Assembly: GCF_016433145.1 (NCBI RefSeq)
Contig: NC_058132.1
Location: 165,123,025-165,187,024, forward strand
Direction of reading: 5' to 3'
Source: Gracilinanus agilis
Lineage: Eukaryota
Length of the DNA: 64,000 nucleotides
This document shows, in pieces, positions 11,159 through 42,400 of the stretch (its first letter is position 1; each line of letters starts with the position of its first letter). Below the pieces are notes generated by a model that saw only the letters and a list, made by a program, of their open reading frames with translations, was not told the DNA's origin and did no database searches. The position numbers and the translations under genes are program-made.

Positions 11159-13547
11159 AAAAATGTAATGATGAGATATCAGAAGTGATTTTCACTATTG
11201 TAGTCCTCACCTTCACATTGCAATGGATGGGACATATAAAGATATGCCTTTTATGGCCATTACAGTCTCATACCAGAGGAGGGAGGTTTCCCAAGGGGCT
11301 TGGTTACCCCATGATGGGTTATAATCTCATTCAGGAGGTGGAAAGGTTTCCACAGGGAACTTTGTAACAACTAGATTTTTTTTTATTTGTAACTCTTTAG
11401 CTTACTCTACCCTTCCACCAGAATGATCTAGATTCTTGGTGACATTTTAGACCCAAAAGGTTTTCATCATCAGTACAAAAGTTGTTTTTTGGTATTTTTT
11501 TTTCTGGGCTCCTCTGCCAAATTTTGGAATGATGGCAGTAATAGACTTTGTTAAAAAATATCTCAGCCAAAGTTGAAAGATTGGCTAGATCTGGAGAACT
11601 TGTGACAAGTATCCATGAGCTTCAAAGGTTGTTGTTGGTTTTTTTTTTCAGTGTCACACAGCAACTCATGTGAATCCTATATGATAGCAATATGCTAGTG
11701 GGTTTGTTTGCTATTGTCATTAAATGGACTCTTGTGATTTGGGGATTTTGGTATTTCTTTGAATGCGCATTACCTGTTATATTACTGTTTTATAAAGCTG
11801 TTACTTAGTGAAAATCATTTGCACTCACATTATGGATCATAGCCAAGTTAAAAAGGAAATGGATCTCATTTTGGGGTGAGAAACATTTGTATTGTGCCTC
11901 TCCTTGGGCAAACATAGTGTGTCACTGATTGTGAACTATATACTTTTGATTTTTTTATTTTATCATTGTTTTTCCTTGTATGTATGATAGAGTATTTGGC
12001 ATTAAAATAGTTTACAATATTCATTAGCCCTAATATTAATGCATACCCAAAATCTTTAGACTATGAAAGCTTTCCATTAATTGTTAAATGTTATGGGACT
12101 TTGATTAAAGATCGTGTCTGATTCCAGGAGAAGGGACCATAAAAGAGCCATTATATAGTGCCAAGAAGCACAAGGTCAGGGAGACCAACCAATCCCAATG
12201 GGATTGATGAGCATCTGCACCAAGACAGAGGACTTGTTTTGAGGTTCAAGGAAGCAGCTGTTTGACAATGTCAGATGCAGGATTTCCCCATGCCAGACTC
12301 AGACAAAGTACCTCAGTTTGGTTGGGTCCCCTATCCCTGAGAGCTAAGGTAAAATCAGACCAGGGAATGGTATTTCCCATTTGCTGCTAAAATCTAGTCC
12401 TTTTTTCTGTCTCTCATAAGTGTGGCAATTTTCTGTAGTGGATACTGATTGGATAAGTACATATTGCTTCAGTGGTCCTATAGGCATGTGGGACATAAAT
12501 CACTATATTGGGCCCTGATTCTAGGACCTGTTATAAGCTTATTCTTGCTTACTCAGAATTTTTATATACCATTTAATTTTTTTTCTTTTCTTCTATTTGG
12601 TTTTTCTTTATGTTCTTGACTTCCTTTTAATGATTGATTCATATACCTCATAACTCAGCTATGTATTTCAGGGTGATCCCTGTGTTTGTCAACACCCTCC
12701 TTGGAAGGATTGTATAATTGTCACAAAATTCTAGTTTTATAAATAATGTTTTCTTGTTTGAGAATAATTTTAGGATAAGAAACTTGCTACCTCCCTGAAT
12801 CTAGAAAGTGAACTGTTTGGAGAAGGCACCATGGAGATGCCTGCAGAAACCTCAAACTGCACCAAAGGATCCAGAATGAACTTTGGGATGTAGTAAAATT
12901 GAACTGTGGGGGATTGAACATATTTATTTTGACTGTACACTCTTATACCAATTAGGGACTGCCCCCTAATTGGCTTTTTGTCAAAGTGCCTAGCAATCAT
13001 TGGTTTTGTTCTCTTTCTTTTTTATTTTCCTCTTATCCCCAAATTATTGTAATTTCCCCTTAGAAAGTGCAATATTGTATGTACCTCTAGTTATAGATCT
13101 TTAGAAATGTAAGTTGGTCATGTGTACTGATTCCATGGGGAAACTAGGCATGTAAATCTGGGAGATTTCTACATGCTCGTTTTCCATGGGAATCACAGGG
13201 GGGATTGTGTAATTAGAATCTGTTACCCTAAAAGCTCTGATTCCCAGCACCCTACTCTCCTTCTCACATTATGTGCTGATGTAGAGAGGTTCCAAATTTA
13301 GTATAGTCCCACTGATTGCTCTCTTGATCTGATTGGTTTGGTGGAGGGGGCATGAGGTGAGAACCAGGAGACTATTGCACACATAGTCTTAATTTTGTTA
13401 GATAATGAGGGTTTTTTTACTTCTATTTCCTTTTTATTCCTTCTACTTCAAGCTATTACTAATAAACTTTATAAAATATAATTCTTTAAATGTTGGATAT
13501 TAATTTAAATCCTACATTCTGTTTTCTCTATGTGAAACTTCCTCTTT

Positions 13548-13830
13548 CAATCAATCAATCAATAAACCTTTATTAAAATGCCTACTATGTGACAATCACT
13601 GTGTTATGTGCTGGGGATAGAAAAGGAAGGAAATTCAGTCCCTGTCCTCACAGTGCTTACAATCTTATTGTAAGCTTACAAGCTAGAATGGAGTAGACAA
13701 TGTGCAAACAAAAAGCAAACTATATAAGTAGGAAATAATTAAAAGAGAAGGTACTGGAATTAAGAAGGATTTAGTAATCTTCCTTTAGAAGGAGAGATTT
13801 TAGTTAGTACTTAAAGAAAACTGACATGGA
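13548..13830 (-). mobile_element. L2 LINE 3' end
   Basis: caatcaatcaatcaataaacctttattaaaatgcctactatgtg is the antisense L2 tail. Confidence 0.65.
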
Positions 13831-14290
13831 ATGACAGGATTCAAAAAGTCTTGACAAGGGCAAATGTCATCTGACCTTTGCTAATCTGACCGACATTTCA
13901 CCCTTACTCAAATACAAAAATAGATTTTTGATCTTTTATTCATTTCTATGTTACCTCCAGTTATGCAAACCAGAACCTATTCCTGCCTTTCTATCTTGTG
14001 TTGATATCCTCTCATAAATTTATCACAGGGATCACTTGATGAGATGGGTGGTGGGGCCTTTCTTTTTCTTGACGTAGCAAAGATTCTACTGGAGCACACT
14101 TTGTACAGGTCTCATTTTTCTACTTCTCTTTTTATGATCATACTTTTTTTTTTTTGATGATCTCCTTTACTCTAGTTCTTTACTGCTCTTTTTATGATCA
14201 CACATTTTTTAAAGAACTCCTTTACTCCAATTCTTTATAGTCTTTATTTTATATACTGCAAATTCCTCTTATCTTTCATGAACCTCTATT

Positions 14291-14563
14291 TGTTGTTTAG
14301 TCATTTCAGCCATGTCCAACTCTTTGTGACCTCCTTTGGGTTTGGTTTTGGTTTTTTGTTTTGACAAAGATACTAGAGTAGCTTGCCATTTTCTTCTCCA
14401 GCTCATTTTACAGATAAGAAAACTGAGGCAAATAGGTTAAGTGACTTGCCCAGGGTAATACAGCTAGTAACTGCCTTGAGACCAGATTTGAATTCCAGAA
14501 GAAAAGTCTTCCTGGCTTCAGGCCCAGCATTTTCTTTATCAACAATACCACCTAGTTGCCCTA
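14291..14563 (-). mobile_element. MAR1-type CORE-SINE
   Basis: ttgttgtttagtcatttcagcc...ccacctagttgccc, full-length structure. Confidence 0.8.
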
Positions 14564-15268
14564 TCTGTCTTTAGATACTTTGTCAATGAATTCCTCAGTG
14601 CCTCACAATTGTGTTGCCTCCAGCACACTCAATCTAATCTAGTGACTTCTCTCATTTTTTATTTCTTTAATGTCTTTCCTACCTCCTCTCTAAATCTGGG
14701 ACTATAATGATAGAATCCAAGAGCAATAGTTCCACTAACATGGCAAAAGGAGTTGGTTACTTTAAAAGAATCTTTGATGATCTTTTTCATTTTTCTTCTA
14801 TTTATTGGTCTTCCATTTTCATCTTTAATATCCTGGGGACAAATATCTTTGCTTAGTTGGGTCTGTTGCCAAGCTTTCTTTAAACTGATTTTATCCTCCA
14901 CAGCTTTGCTCTGTTTTATAAAGTGATATTACTTGCAATCCTTCCATGAACTTTCCATGATCCATAAAATTTTACAGATGGATGTTGTTTTCCAAACTGG
15001 TTGATTCTCAGATTTCTGTGTACGACAAGTAAAATAAACATTTGCTGTTAAAATGCCTTTTAGGTTCTTCTGGTCTTCTTGTTATAGCAATTTATATACA
15101 TTGTTTAAATCTCTATATGAAATTTTGTAGTTGTACATGTTTTTTCTTTTTTTTTACATTATCAGTAACTCACTAAAATAGGTCAAGATGAAGTTGTTTT
15201 AATTACATGCCATATCTTTCTCTCATTTTTATTCTTCTATTTCTGTACTAATTTTGATATTTACTCTT

Positions 15269-15451
15269 TTTTTTTAAACCCTTGTATTTCGGTATATTGT
15301 CTCATAGGTGGAAGATTGGTAAGGGTGGGCAATGGGGGTCAAGTGACTTGCCCAGGGTCACACAGCTGGGAAGTGGCTGAGGCCGGGTTTGAACCTAGGA
15401 CCTCCTGTCTCTAGGCCTGACTCTCACTCCACTGAGCTACCCAGCTGCCCC
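15269..15451 (-). mobile_element. Young SINE1-type copy
   Basis: 15-bp TSD ttgatatttactctt at 15254-15268 and 15452-15466. Confidence 0.93.
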
Positions 15452-17600
15452 TTGATATTTACTCTTAACAGGACAGAGGGTTGATTATACATAGGCAGTT
15501 TGCACAAGTCTTAGAGCCATTTTGCATTTTTCTTTGTTTCATGGGTTGCCTTGGCCAAAGAATTAATCACTATGGCAAGTCTACTTGTGATGAACCTCTT
15601 TGTATTTAGTTAGGCTGGCACTCAGAAAACTGATTTAGTCTGCTGTTAGTATTGTTGTCAGCATCTCTCTAGCAGGATAGAATCTGCTGCTTCAATATTG
15701 TCCTCCACTAACATAGCTTTTGAGAATCCAGGGCCATTTCCACACCAAATAGACAATGGATTAGGACTTGATGAAGCCCTATGCAAGGGAAGTTTTAGTA
15801 GAAATGTAAAAATCTCAAAAACCAATTCATGCTTAAAATGTTCAAAAGAAATGAAAATGAATTAGATGGTTCAAAATAAATTCCTTTGTATACTATTCAC
15901 GCAAGTCTAGAAGCTCTAAACCACAAAGCTAAGCAGCCCCAATGGAATCTGCATTTTCTTATTGCAGAACACACCTTTCTTACAGTAAGAGGGGAGAAGA
16001 AGAGAGAAAGGAAAGATAGTGAAGCGCAAAGGTTGCATTTTTGCATCAAATGTTGGCTTCTGAATCAGAGATCACAATCCTTCTCTTATTCAGATACTCT
16101 GGAGTTTGGGAAGTAGGCTGTAATCCCACTAAGTACATCAGTGTTCCTTTTGGATGGATCCATTGTACCTCCCTCCCCTACCTTCTGTTTCTCAAGATGG
16201 CAGAGACTAGAGATATCCTGCCTTGTGGTTTACAGAAAATCATATCTCTAATGTAGTCACAACATTTAAAGAACACCTTCTTGCAACCTCTATTCTCTTT
16301 AGGCTATCTCTCCTTGACCCACCCCCACAAAAATTCTAACCCCCCAGGCAACTGGAATATAACAAGTTATCAACTATGGAAACTCAGGCTACCTAATAGG
16401 CATGTTGCCATTATGAAAAGATGAAATTAAAATAGGATGTAACCCCCTTCAATCTACAGCTGTTTAAAGTAGTCGAAGGTTTAAGACTGGCAAGCAAAAG
16501 AGGAATTGGTCACAGTAATGACTGACACCTGATGGTGAAAAGGTATGGAACTTGGCGTTGGAAAGACAGATTCTTCCTATGGCTAGCTGTTGGATTTACC
16601 CATCCTGAATTCTACGCTGATGAGCTAGCTTCAACCAGAGGACTTTGAGTTCCCTGCACAGAATAGGACAGTCATAACTGGGAAAAGATGTTTTCTTCTC
16701 AGGACAATCAGATTACTAAATCTATTCCCAATGCTATAAATTATAATAACTGCTGTGATCTGCTATTCTGGTGCCACCACCAGGACATTATTCTTATTCT
16801 TGCTTTGACTTGTTTTTAAAAACTAATAACTGTATTCTGTCTGAAGGCAAGAAGTTATACAAGTTGACTTTTTTCTAGGTTATACATATATTATCATGCA
16901 AAACATTTCCATATCGTTCATTTTTGTAAGTGAATAATCTTATAAAACCAAAAGCCTAAAACATAAACCCATATAAACAATTGAAAAATCTTTTGCTTTC
17001 ATCTACATTCTGACTCCAAAGGTTCTTTCTCTGGAGGTGGATAGCATTCTTTGTCAAAAACAAGATGACTTTTGAGAGGAGCACATAAGCACTTTGATTC
17101 TGTAATAGTAGAAATAATCAAACAGGAAAAGAAGAAGAAAGATGTAAAAATAACAGAATTGGAAGTGTCAGCATGGATTTCTGGATGACTCAGTTTACCC
17201 TTACTTTTGAGAAACCCCAGTACTAAGCACACCTATTTTGATTTGAATGTTAAGCACCTTTTTGTTTTGGAGGCTTCTCTATAGGATAAAAGTTTTCTCT
17301 CCGGAAGCCCAGCTCCTGAGTTTGACCTTTGTCTTTACTTTGTTACAGCTAACCATTCTCTAATGCCATAGCTGCTGAATGTTAGGAGGTCTACACACCT
17401 GTTTGTGGTTGGTCTTTGTAAGCTTCCTAAAAAGGCATAAGAGACTCTCAGGCTCAGTATCTCTTCAGAGTTGGCATCTAGAATGGTGTCTTCTCCCAGG
17501 GATATGGTTCCCAGAGTCTCAGAGCCTTTAGTTCTGTATGGAATTTCATTTATGACTCTGTGTGGTGGCCGGATTAGTGAGCCTAGCCCTTTTTCTAGAT

Positions 17601-17793
17601 CAGTGATTCCCAAAGTGGGTGCTACCGCCCCCTGGTGGGTGCTAGAGGGATCCAGGAGAGGCGGTTATAGCCACAGGTGCATTTATCTTTCCTATTAATT
17701 GCTATTAAGATTTTTAAAAATTAATTTCCAGGGGGCTAAGTAATATTTTTTCTGGAAAGGGGGCAGTAGGCCAAAAATGTTTGGGAATCACTG
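17601..17793 (-). mobile_element. hAT (Charlie-like) MITE, same family as 5135-5327
   Basis: TIRs cagtgattcccaaa / tttgggaatcactg; internal homology to the 5135 copy; TSD not clearly retained. Confidence 0.88.
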
Positions 17794-18461
17794 TTTAAAG
17801 AGTGGGTTTTCTAACTACGTGGAAGTTCTGTATTTGTTTCCAAGTTAACAGAAGTTTTTTCCTTTCCTTGGGAGTTGAAGGGGAGATTTCATTTCTTTAC
17901 TAGTTACTTGCTTCTTCAGATTCTGGCTGCTCAGGAACTCCACCCCTTTCTCCCATCAGAGCCCATTGGAGGCATTTCCTTGGCATGGTCAGCCCCCACC
18001 CCCTTAAAAACAAGGAAAGTGGACTGGTGACTGCCTAAGACTGGGACACAGAGTCTAATTTCTTTGTATAACTCCAACTTGGTTCCCTGCATTATTCTCA
18101 ACTTCAAATCCCCACGGGGGAAATTACCCCTTGGCACACCATCTTCCTATTCAGCACAGGTGAGTCTGGAAGCAACTAGCATTTGTGCTTTGCATCCTGC
18201 TTGGACCTGTCCCGGTGGCTTTTCAGCAGCTCCTAATTCCACCTTTTGGAAATTGAGGATGTAGGGCTCAGGAAACCAGAAAATGTCAGATCCGAGGGAG
18301 AGAAAAGAGCAAGCTGAGCAACACACAGAGCTCTGTGTATTCAGAGGCAAGTTGGCAGGGTTGTACTGGAACAGAGAAACTCCAAGTGGTACAAAGGGAC
18401 GTGCCCAGAGTGGAGAAATCATGCTAATTGTCTGCACCAGAGCCCAAGAACTCAACCCAAA

Positions 18462-37046
<18,585 letters not shown>

Positions 37047-39364
37047 GCCCTCGTGGGGCCCTGCCTCCGCCTGATGGGACTTTAGTCTCCCGTTTGGGGT
37101 GAGGCCCACATGGCCTCTCAGGGGGCGGTCCCGTGCTCGGGAGAGCTGGGCGCCGGTGAGGGCGGCTGGAGGGGTGTGTCCCTGCTTCCCATTTAACAGC
37201 TTGGTTCCGGGTTGATGGCAACAGGTGGGCGTGGAGTGTGTCCTCTTAGGACCCGCCTATAGATGATTAAATTCCAGGTCTGCCCCTACAGGAGCCTCTT
37301 GGAGACTAACAGTAACCCTAATCCTCCGGACTTGGTTTGTGCCCTTCCTCCAGGCTCCCAGGGCTTTACCCATCACCCCGCCTTGCCCAGCCCTGGAAGC
37401 TCCTTTTTACTAAGCAGGACATTGAAACAGAAGAGAGATGAGTTTGCCCAGGATCACAGCAATTTAGGACTGGAGAAAATGACAAGAGCTTTAGTCAAGA
37501 CAGGAACGCTATGTCCAGCCCGTGAGGAGGCCAGAGGCAGCTCCCATCTGGGGAGAATCCATGGGTGGGTCTTTTATATCAGCCCATACCAGCCCTCCCC
37601 GGGAAGCTGGGCACCGTGAATATCTCCCTTTTGCGACTGTCAGTGCAGGCTGGGGGGTTTGCATGAGAGGAGGCATATCCCCTAGAAGAGTAGAACTGTG
37701 AGGTCTGCTTTAGGGTAGAGAGAATGACTTTTCCCTGTGCCTCAGTCAGGGGGCCTTGGGCAAGTTTCTTCATCTTTGTAGGCTCTGGTTTCCTCCCTTG
37801 TATGTAAACCTATCCCTGGAGGTTACATATAAGAGGAGGAGGTTGGATGAGATTAACTGTAAGGTTTCTTTAGGTTCTAACAACCCCTTAGACTATAAAT
37901 TTATGGTAGGTGAAGAGGGGGGAAGCTCATTGGCTCATGTTTGATCCCTGTTTGCCAAGTACAGCCTCCCAGGAAACTGATGGGGGTCCAACCAATCTGC
38001 AGACCCTTACTTCCTCAGCATCACACAGGGCAGTCCTGCCATCCCTATTTAAGGGGACACCAGACCTGAGGAGAAGAGGCAAAGGGGTTTTTGCTTTGGA
38101 AGCAAAGATTCTACCCTACTCCAGGAGAACTGTATCCATCCCCATTGAACCTTCCTCTTTCCCCCTTCCTCTTTCCCCCTTCCCCAACTTCCATATCTTC
38201 CCTCTCCCAACAAAACTTGCAAACAATCAGAATTCCTCAGAAAGAAACTAGAGGCCCCTATTGGACAAACCTTGCTAACTCTTTTTCTCATATTTGGATA
38301 GAGAGAACAAAGGTTCCAGTCTTTGGAGTGGATTCCCAATGATCAAAACTACTGAGAGGTCGGGAAGTCATGTTCCGACTCTTGACCCTCTGCCACTTCA
38401 ATCTCCTTCTCTCAGACACCCGGGTCCTTGGGAAGCAGGACAAGGGTAGCTTCCCTAATTGAACTAACAACTTAGTAGAGAGGGACTAGGCTAGGCCCTC
38501 TGGTAGTCGGCCTTTTGTTTCTGCCACCCATACTGTCCATAGAGAGGCAATAATCTGTGTGTGGAGAGAATGCAATTAAAAAGCTGAAAGTGAGGGAGGC
38601 CCCCTCAAGGGAGCCAGGCTCTGTGCACTCTGTCTGTCCCTCATACATTTCCAGTACACTTCCAGGAGCTGGAACATTGCCCTGGTGCCCTCCCTATCAA
38701 AGCCTCCTGGAAAGAAAGCAGCCTTGCCCTTCCACAAACTACCTCTCAGGGCCCTCTTCCTCCAAGGACTGATTCAAAGGGCTTAAGCCCTTTGACCCTA
38801 GACCTTTCACTTTTTACTACTTTTATTGTTACTACATCCTAACCCCAATTTCAGGCACCAATATTCCTACATCTTGACCCTTGAGCCTGCCTGGCTCCTT
38901 GGATTCAGAAATTCCCTGTGCCCCAAATTTAATAACCCTGGGGTGTTCTGGGTAAATCTCAAAGCATTCCTATCATGTAAAATAGAGTGTAATTACCCTA
39001 GATACAGGTTATCTTTAAAGTTAAGAACAATCATTTTCTCCTTTATAATCCCTAACCTCAGCCATATGTTTTGGAGCTAGAGTCCTAGTCTGTTGCAACC
39101 TTTTCCCCTCCTCCTCTACTACTACTATACTGGGTAATTCCCTCAAGTTTGTTGCTTCCCAAAGGCTGCCTGCACCCTTATTTACAACCCTGCCCATGTC
39201 CACCATTGAGTTAGGCCAGAGGGTTTTTGCTCCAAAGCCTGTGGGCAGCAATAATAGAATATGGGGTAGCATCCTGCTTTATACCTATCTTAAATGTCAC
39301 TATTCCAGACTTTTATTCCTTTCCTTTAAACTTAATCTAATTATATCTCAGACAAGTAAAAAAA

Positions 39365-39440
39365 ATATATGTATACATATATATTTGAGAGGTATATACA
39401 TATATATATATGTACACACACACACACACACATATATATA
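39365..39440. repeat. (TA)n/(CA)n compound microsatellite; (CCAT)n nearby at about 39533-39557
   Basis: Seen directly. Confidence 0.9.
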
Positions 39441-42400
39441 TATGATAAGGGAAAAAAGATCCAAGAAGGCTTTTAACAGCTTTACTTCCGCTTACTTCTG
39501 GAAGCCAGAGAGGAGCAAACATGAGATCACCTTCCATCCATCCATCCATCCATCCATCCTTTAAATCTATCCTTTTTTCCTCCTTCCTTCCTCTTCCTAT
39601 ATAGAGGCAGCTGTGATAAAAGGGAAAGAAACTGGACTTGGAAGACCCCAGTTCAAATCCTAGCATTGCCACATATCTATATGACCTTGGGCAAATAATT
39701 TAACTTTTTGGGTCCTTAGCTTCCTCATATATAAAAAAATTGGGATGTTAATACTTGTATTATGCAGGCATAGCACCTGACACCCTACCCCCTTCTGTCT
39801 CAATCTGGGCTCAGGCACCGAACCTGAATGCACGAAGGCAGGCTGAAGGATTTATAGCTGGAGTGGCCACTTCTAGATCTTACTCAGGGTTCTAGGAGTA
39901 ATCCTGATGGCCAAGAATATACTTCTGATGTAGCTCTTGAACCACCAGTGTGGTTCCCATTTAACAAATCACCCAGTTCAATTCTATTAACTGCTAATTA
40001 GAAATACTAAACAGAAGGTAAAACAAGAATAATGAAGAATAACATCATGCTACCCATCGATCAGAGACATATTTTCCCACCAATGCACAATATCCATGGG
40101 AGTAGAATAGGCACAAAATTATAGAACCACAGCAGATAAGTAAATGTGTAGAAAACACATGGCTGGGACAACTCACAAATTTCTGCTGTGGAACTTGCTG
40201 TCCTTTTGTCTTCCTCAGGAACAGTCTGTACAATTCATTGCTCAGTAGGGCTGCTTCTTTGCTAGCTGTTTCACTTGGGCAGCAACACTTCCTATAACCA
40301 AGGTAATGTTATATCATTTCAGCAAAAGCAAAAAACCTAAGCCTGGAATCTGCAGGATTTTTCCAGTACTGCTTCATTGTTTGGGCTCTAAGAGATTTCT
40401 ACCTCTCAATCCCTGAGTGGCAATTCAGGGAAAAGCAAAGGCAAAAGCCCTTTTCATCCTCCAGTCAGTTCTACCAAGAAGCAGATGTCAGTACAAAGAT
40501 GACAGTATTAGGGAAATACAAGTCTTTCTAGAGGGCTCCACTCCACTGCTCCAAAACATGGTCTCTTCAATGAAATCACTCACTACCATCTAGACAATAT
40601 ATATTGTCTTATAGTCACCAATTAATTCTAAGAATCAGAGTTCCCTAGTTAGTTCCAAACCTGTCACATACAAGTTAGATACTGAGAAAAAGGAAGCTTT
40701 GGCCATATTTAACATGAGTAAGTACCTTTTCAGGGGGGAGAGGGGATGCCTTTAAAAAACAAAAAGAAAAACTTTCACAACTGTCCTTGTTTATGTCCCT
40801 TGTCCACATCCAAAAGGGGTATTCTCGTATACTTTCGTTACCTACCTCACAGGGATGTTGTGAGGATCAAATGAGATACTGTGTATAAAGCGCTTTATAA
40901 CAGAAAGCGCTATATAGATGTGAGCTATTATCCCCTTTTTATCTCCTGCCCATTTTCTTCCATTTCTTTTGCCCTTTTTCCTAAGCACACAATTGCCATG
41001 CATGGTCTGGATCGGGGAAATCCAAGGGCATTGGGGAAGTTAAGAAGAGAATCATTGCTACTTCCCCCCCCCTTCTGCCCCTCCTCCCCAACTTTGCCCC
41101 TCACTTCTAGTTTTGCCCCACTTACCAAAAGCCTAGTCTTCAGAAACACCAGTTTAGGAAACTGTTCTTCCTGCTGGTTTGGCTAATACCCAGAGAGCTG
41201 ACAAACATGAAAAGAAGAAACTGAGTGGGAAGAACCTCCAGTCAAGGAAGGCAGTTGACTATTCCAACCAGGGAGATAAAACCCTGGCTTATTATTGAGA
41301 CAGAGTGTAAGAGACAAAAACTTCAAGGAACCTCTCTTCCTGCTTACCTCTTAGAAAGACCTAAATTCTCTACCCCCTACCTGCCTAGCTTGTCAAAAAA
41401 AAATACCCTCCAATCAAACCTAGTTGAGGTGAATATCACCCAAAGAAGAAAGCATGATGTTAGAAAATGCATTGGATTGGGGTAGGGGGGAAGGTCCTAT
41501 ATTCAAGTCCTAGTTCTGCTCCTTACTAGATTTAGCAAGTGACCTTTTGTAAGTCAATCTTCTTACATCTGTTTCTTCCCCTGCAAAATAAGGAGGTTGA
41601 GAAAGAAGAGGAGAGAACATTTATTAAACGCATCCTATGTGCCAGACACTGTTTTAAGCACTTTACAAATGTTAGCTCATTTGATTCTCACAACTACCCT
41701 CTGAGATACATGCTATTATTATTTCCACTTTGCAGCTGAGGAAACTGAGGCAAATAGATGATTTACTAGCTATGTGACCCTGGGCAAGTAACTTAAGTTT
41801 TCCTTCCCAGCTCTAGGCCTAATGCTTTATCCACATTGCCACCAAGCTGCTTGAGAGATGATCTCTATGGTTGTTTCTAGCTATAAATAATGTAAATCCC
41901 ATGAAAACAATGTTCCCTAATGGAGTCTCAGGAAAGGACTTTGATCTTAGCCCCTTCCTCCCTTGTGCAAGTAAGTAAGAAAGAAAAGCACAGAAAATCG
42001 ATTTGCAGCATCAGGGATTGGGATAGAACCTACATCTTGGGTAGAATTTTTGAAGGTTACACATCCCTAATACTCCAATGATTCAGGACAAGCTTTCATC
42101 TTTGGTAGGGTAATATCAGTCCAAAGCTCAGAAGTTCCTCAAGGAATACCATCACCATGAGTCATACAACTGGCCCTTCCTCTATTTGTGCAAAATGAGA
42201 CAATTAGACCCTGGAGGGTTGCTGGAAATGAATACAGCTGCACCTGGGATTTAGCCAAATGAACATCACTGCTGGAAGTTCCCTTGACCTTCCTGACACA
42301 AGCTCCAAATCATGTGCACCCAGCCTAAGATGTTAGGAGTAGGTGATCCTGGAGCAGGTGTCCTGAAGTCCTAAGGAGAAGCAATATGATAGAGGCTAAA

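Larger units (their letters stand above)
8562..13516 (+). mobile_element. ERV1-like provirus remnant with two LTRs (8562-8961 and 13206-13516) and a decayed env
   Basis: Both LTRs are TG...CA bounded and homologous; purine tract aggggggga precedes the 3' LTR; 4-bp TSD ttct at 8558-8561 and 13517-13520; env-like CWVC motif at 10615-10626. Confidence 0.85.

Noticed and set aside
14122-14237. Imperfect tandem duplication of about 60 bp
   Set aside because: T-rich slippage product with no sign of function; not a CRISPR-like array.
37100-39700. Antisense ORFs in the HEPACAM 3' region as a HEPN1 orthologue
   Set aside because: None resembles the recalled human HEPN1 peptide; lengths and composition fit chance ORFs.
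40045-40233. Hydrophobic minus-strand ORF as a membrane-protein remnant
   Set aside because: A TG-rich strand biases translation toward C/L/F/V; no recognisable homologue or splice context.
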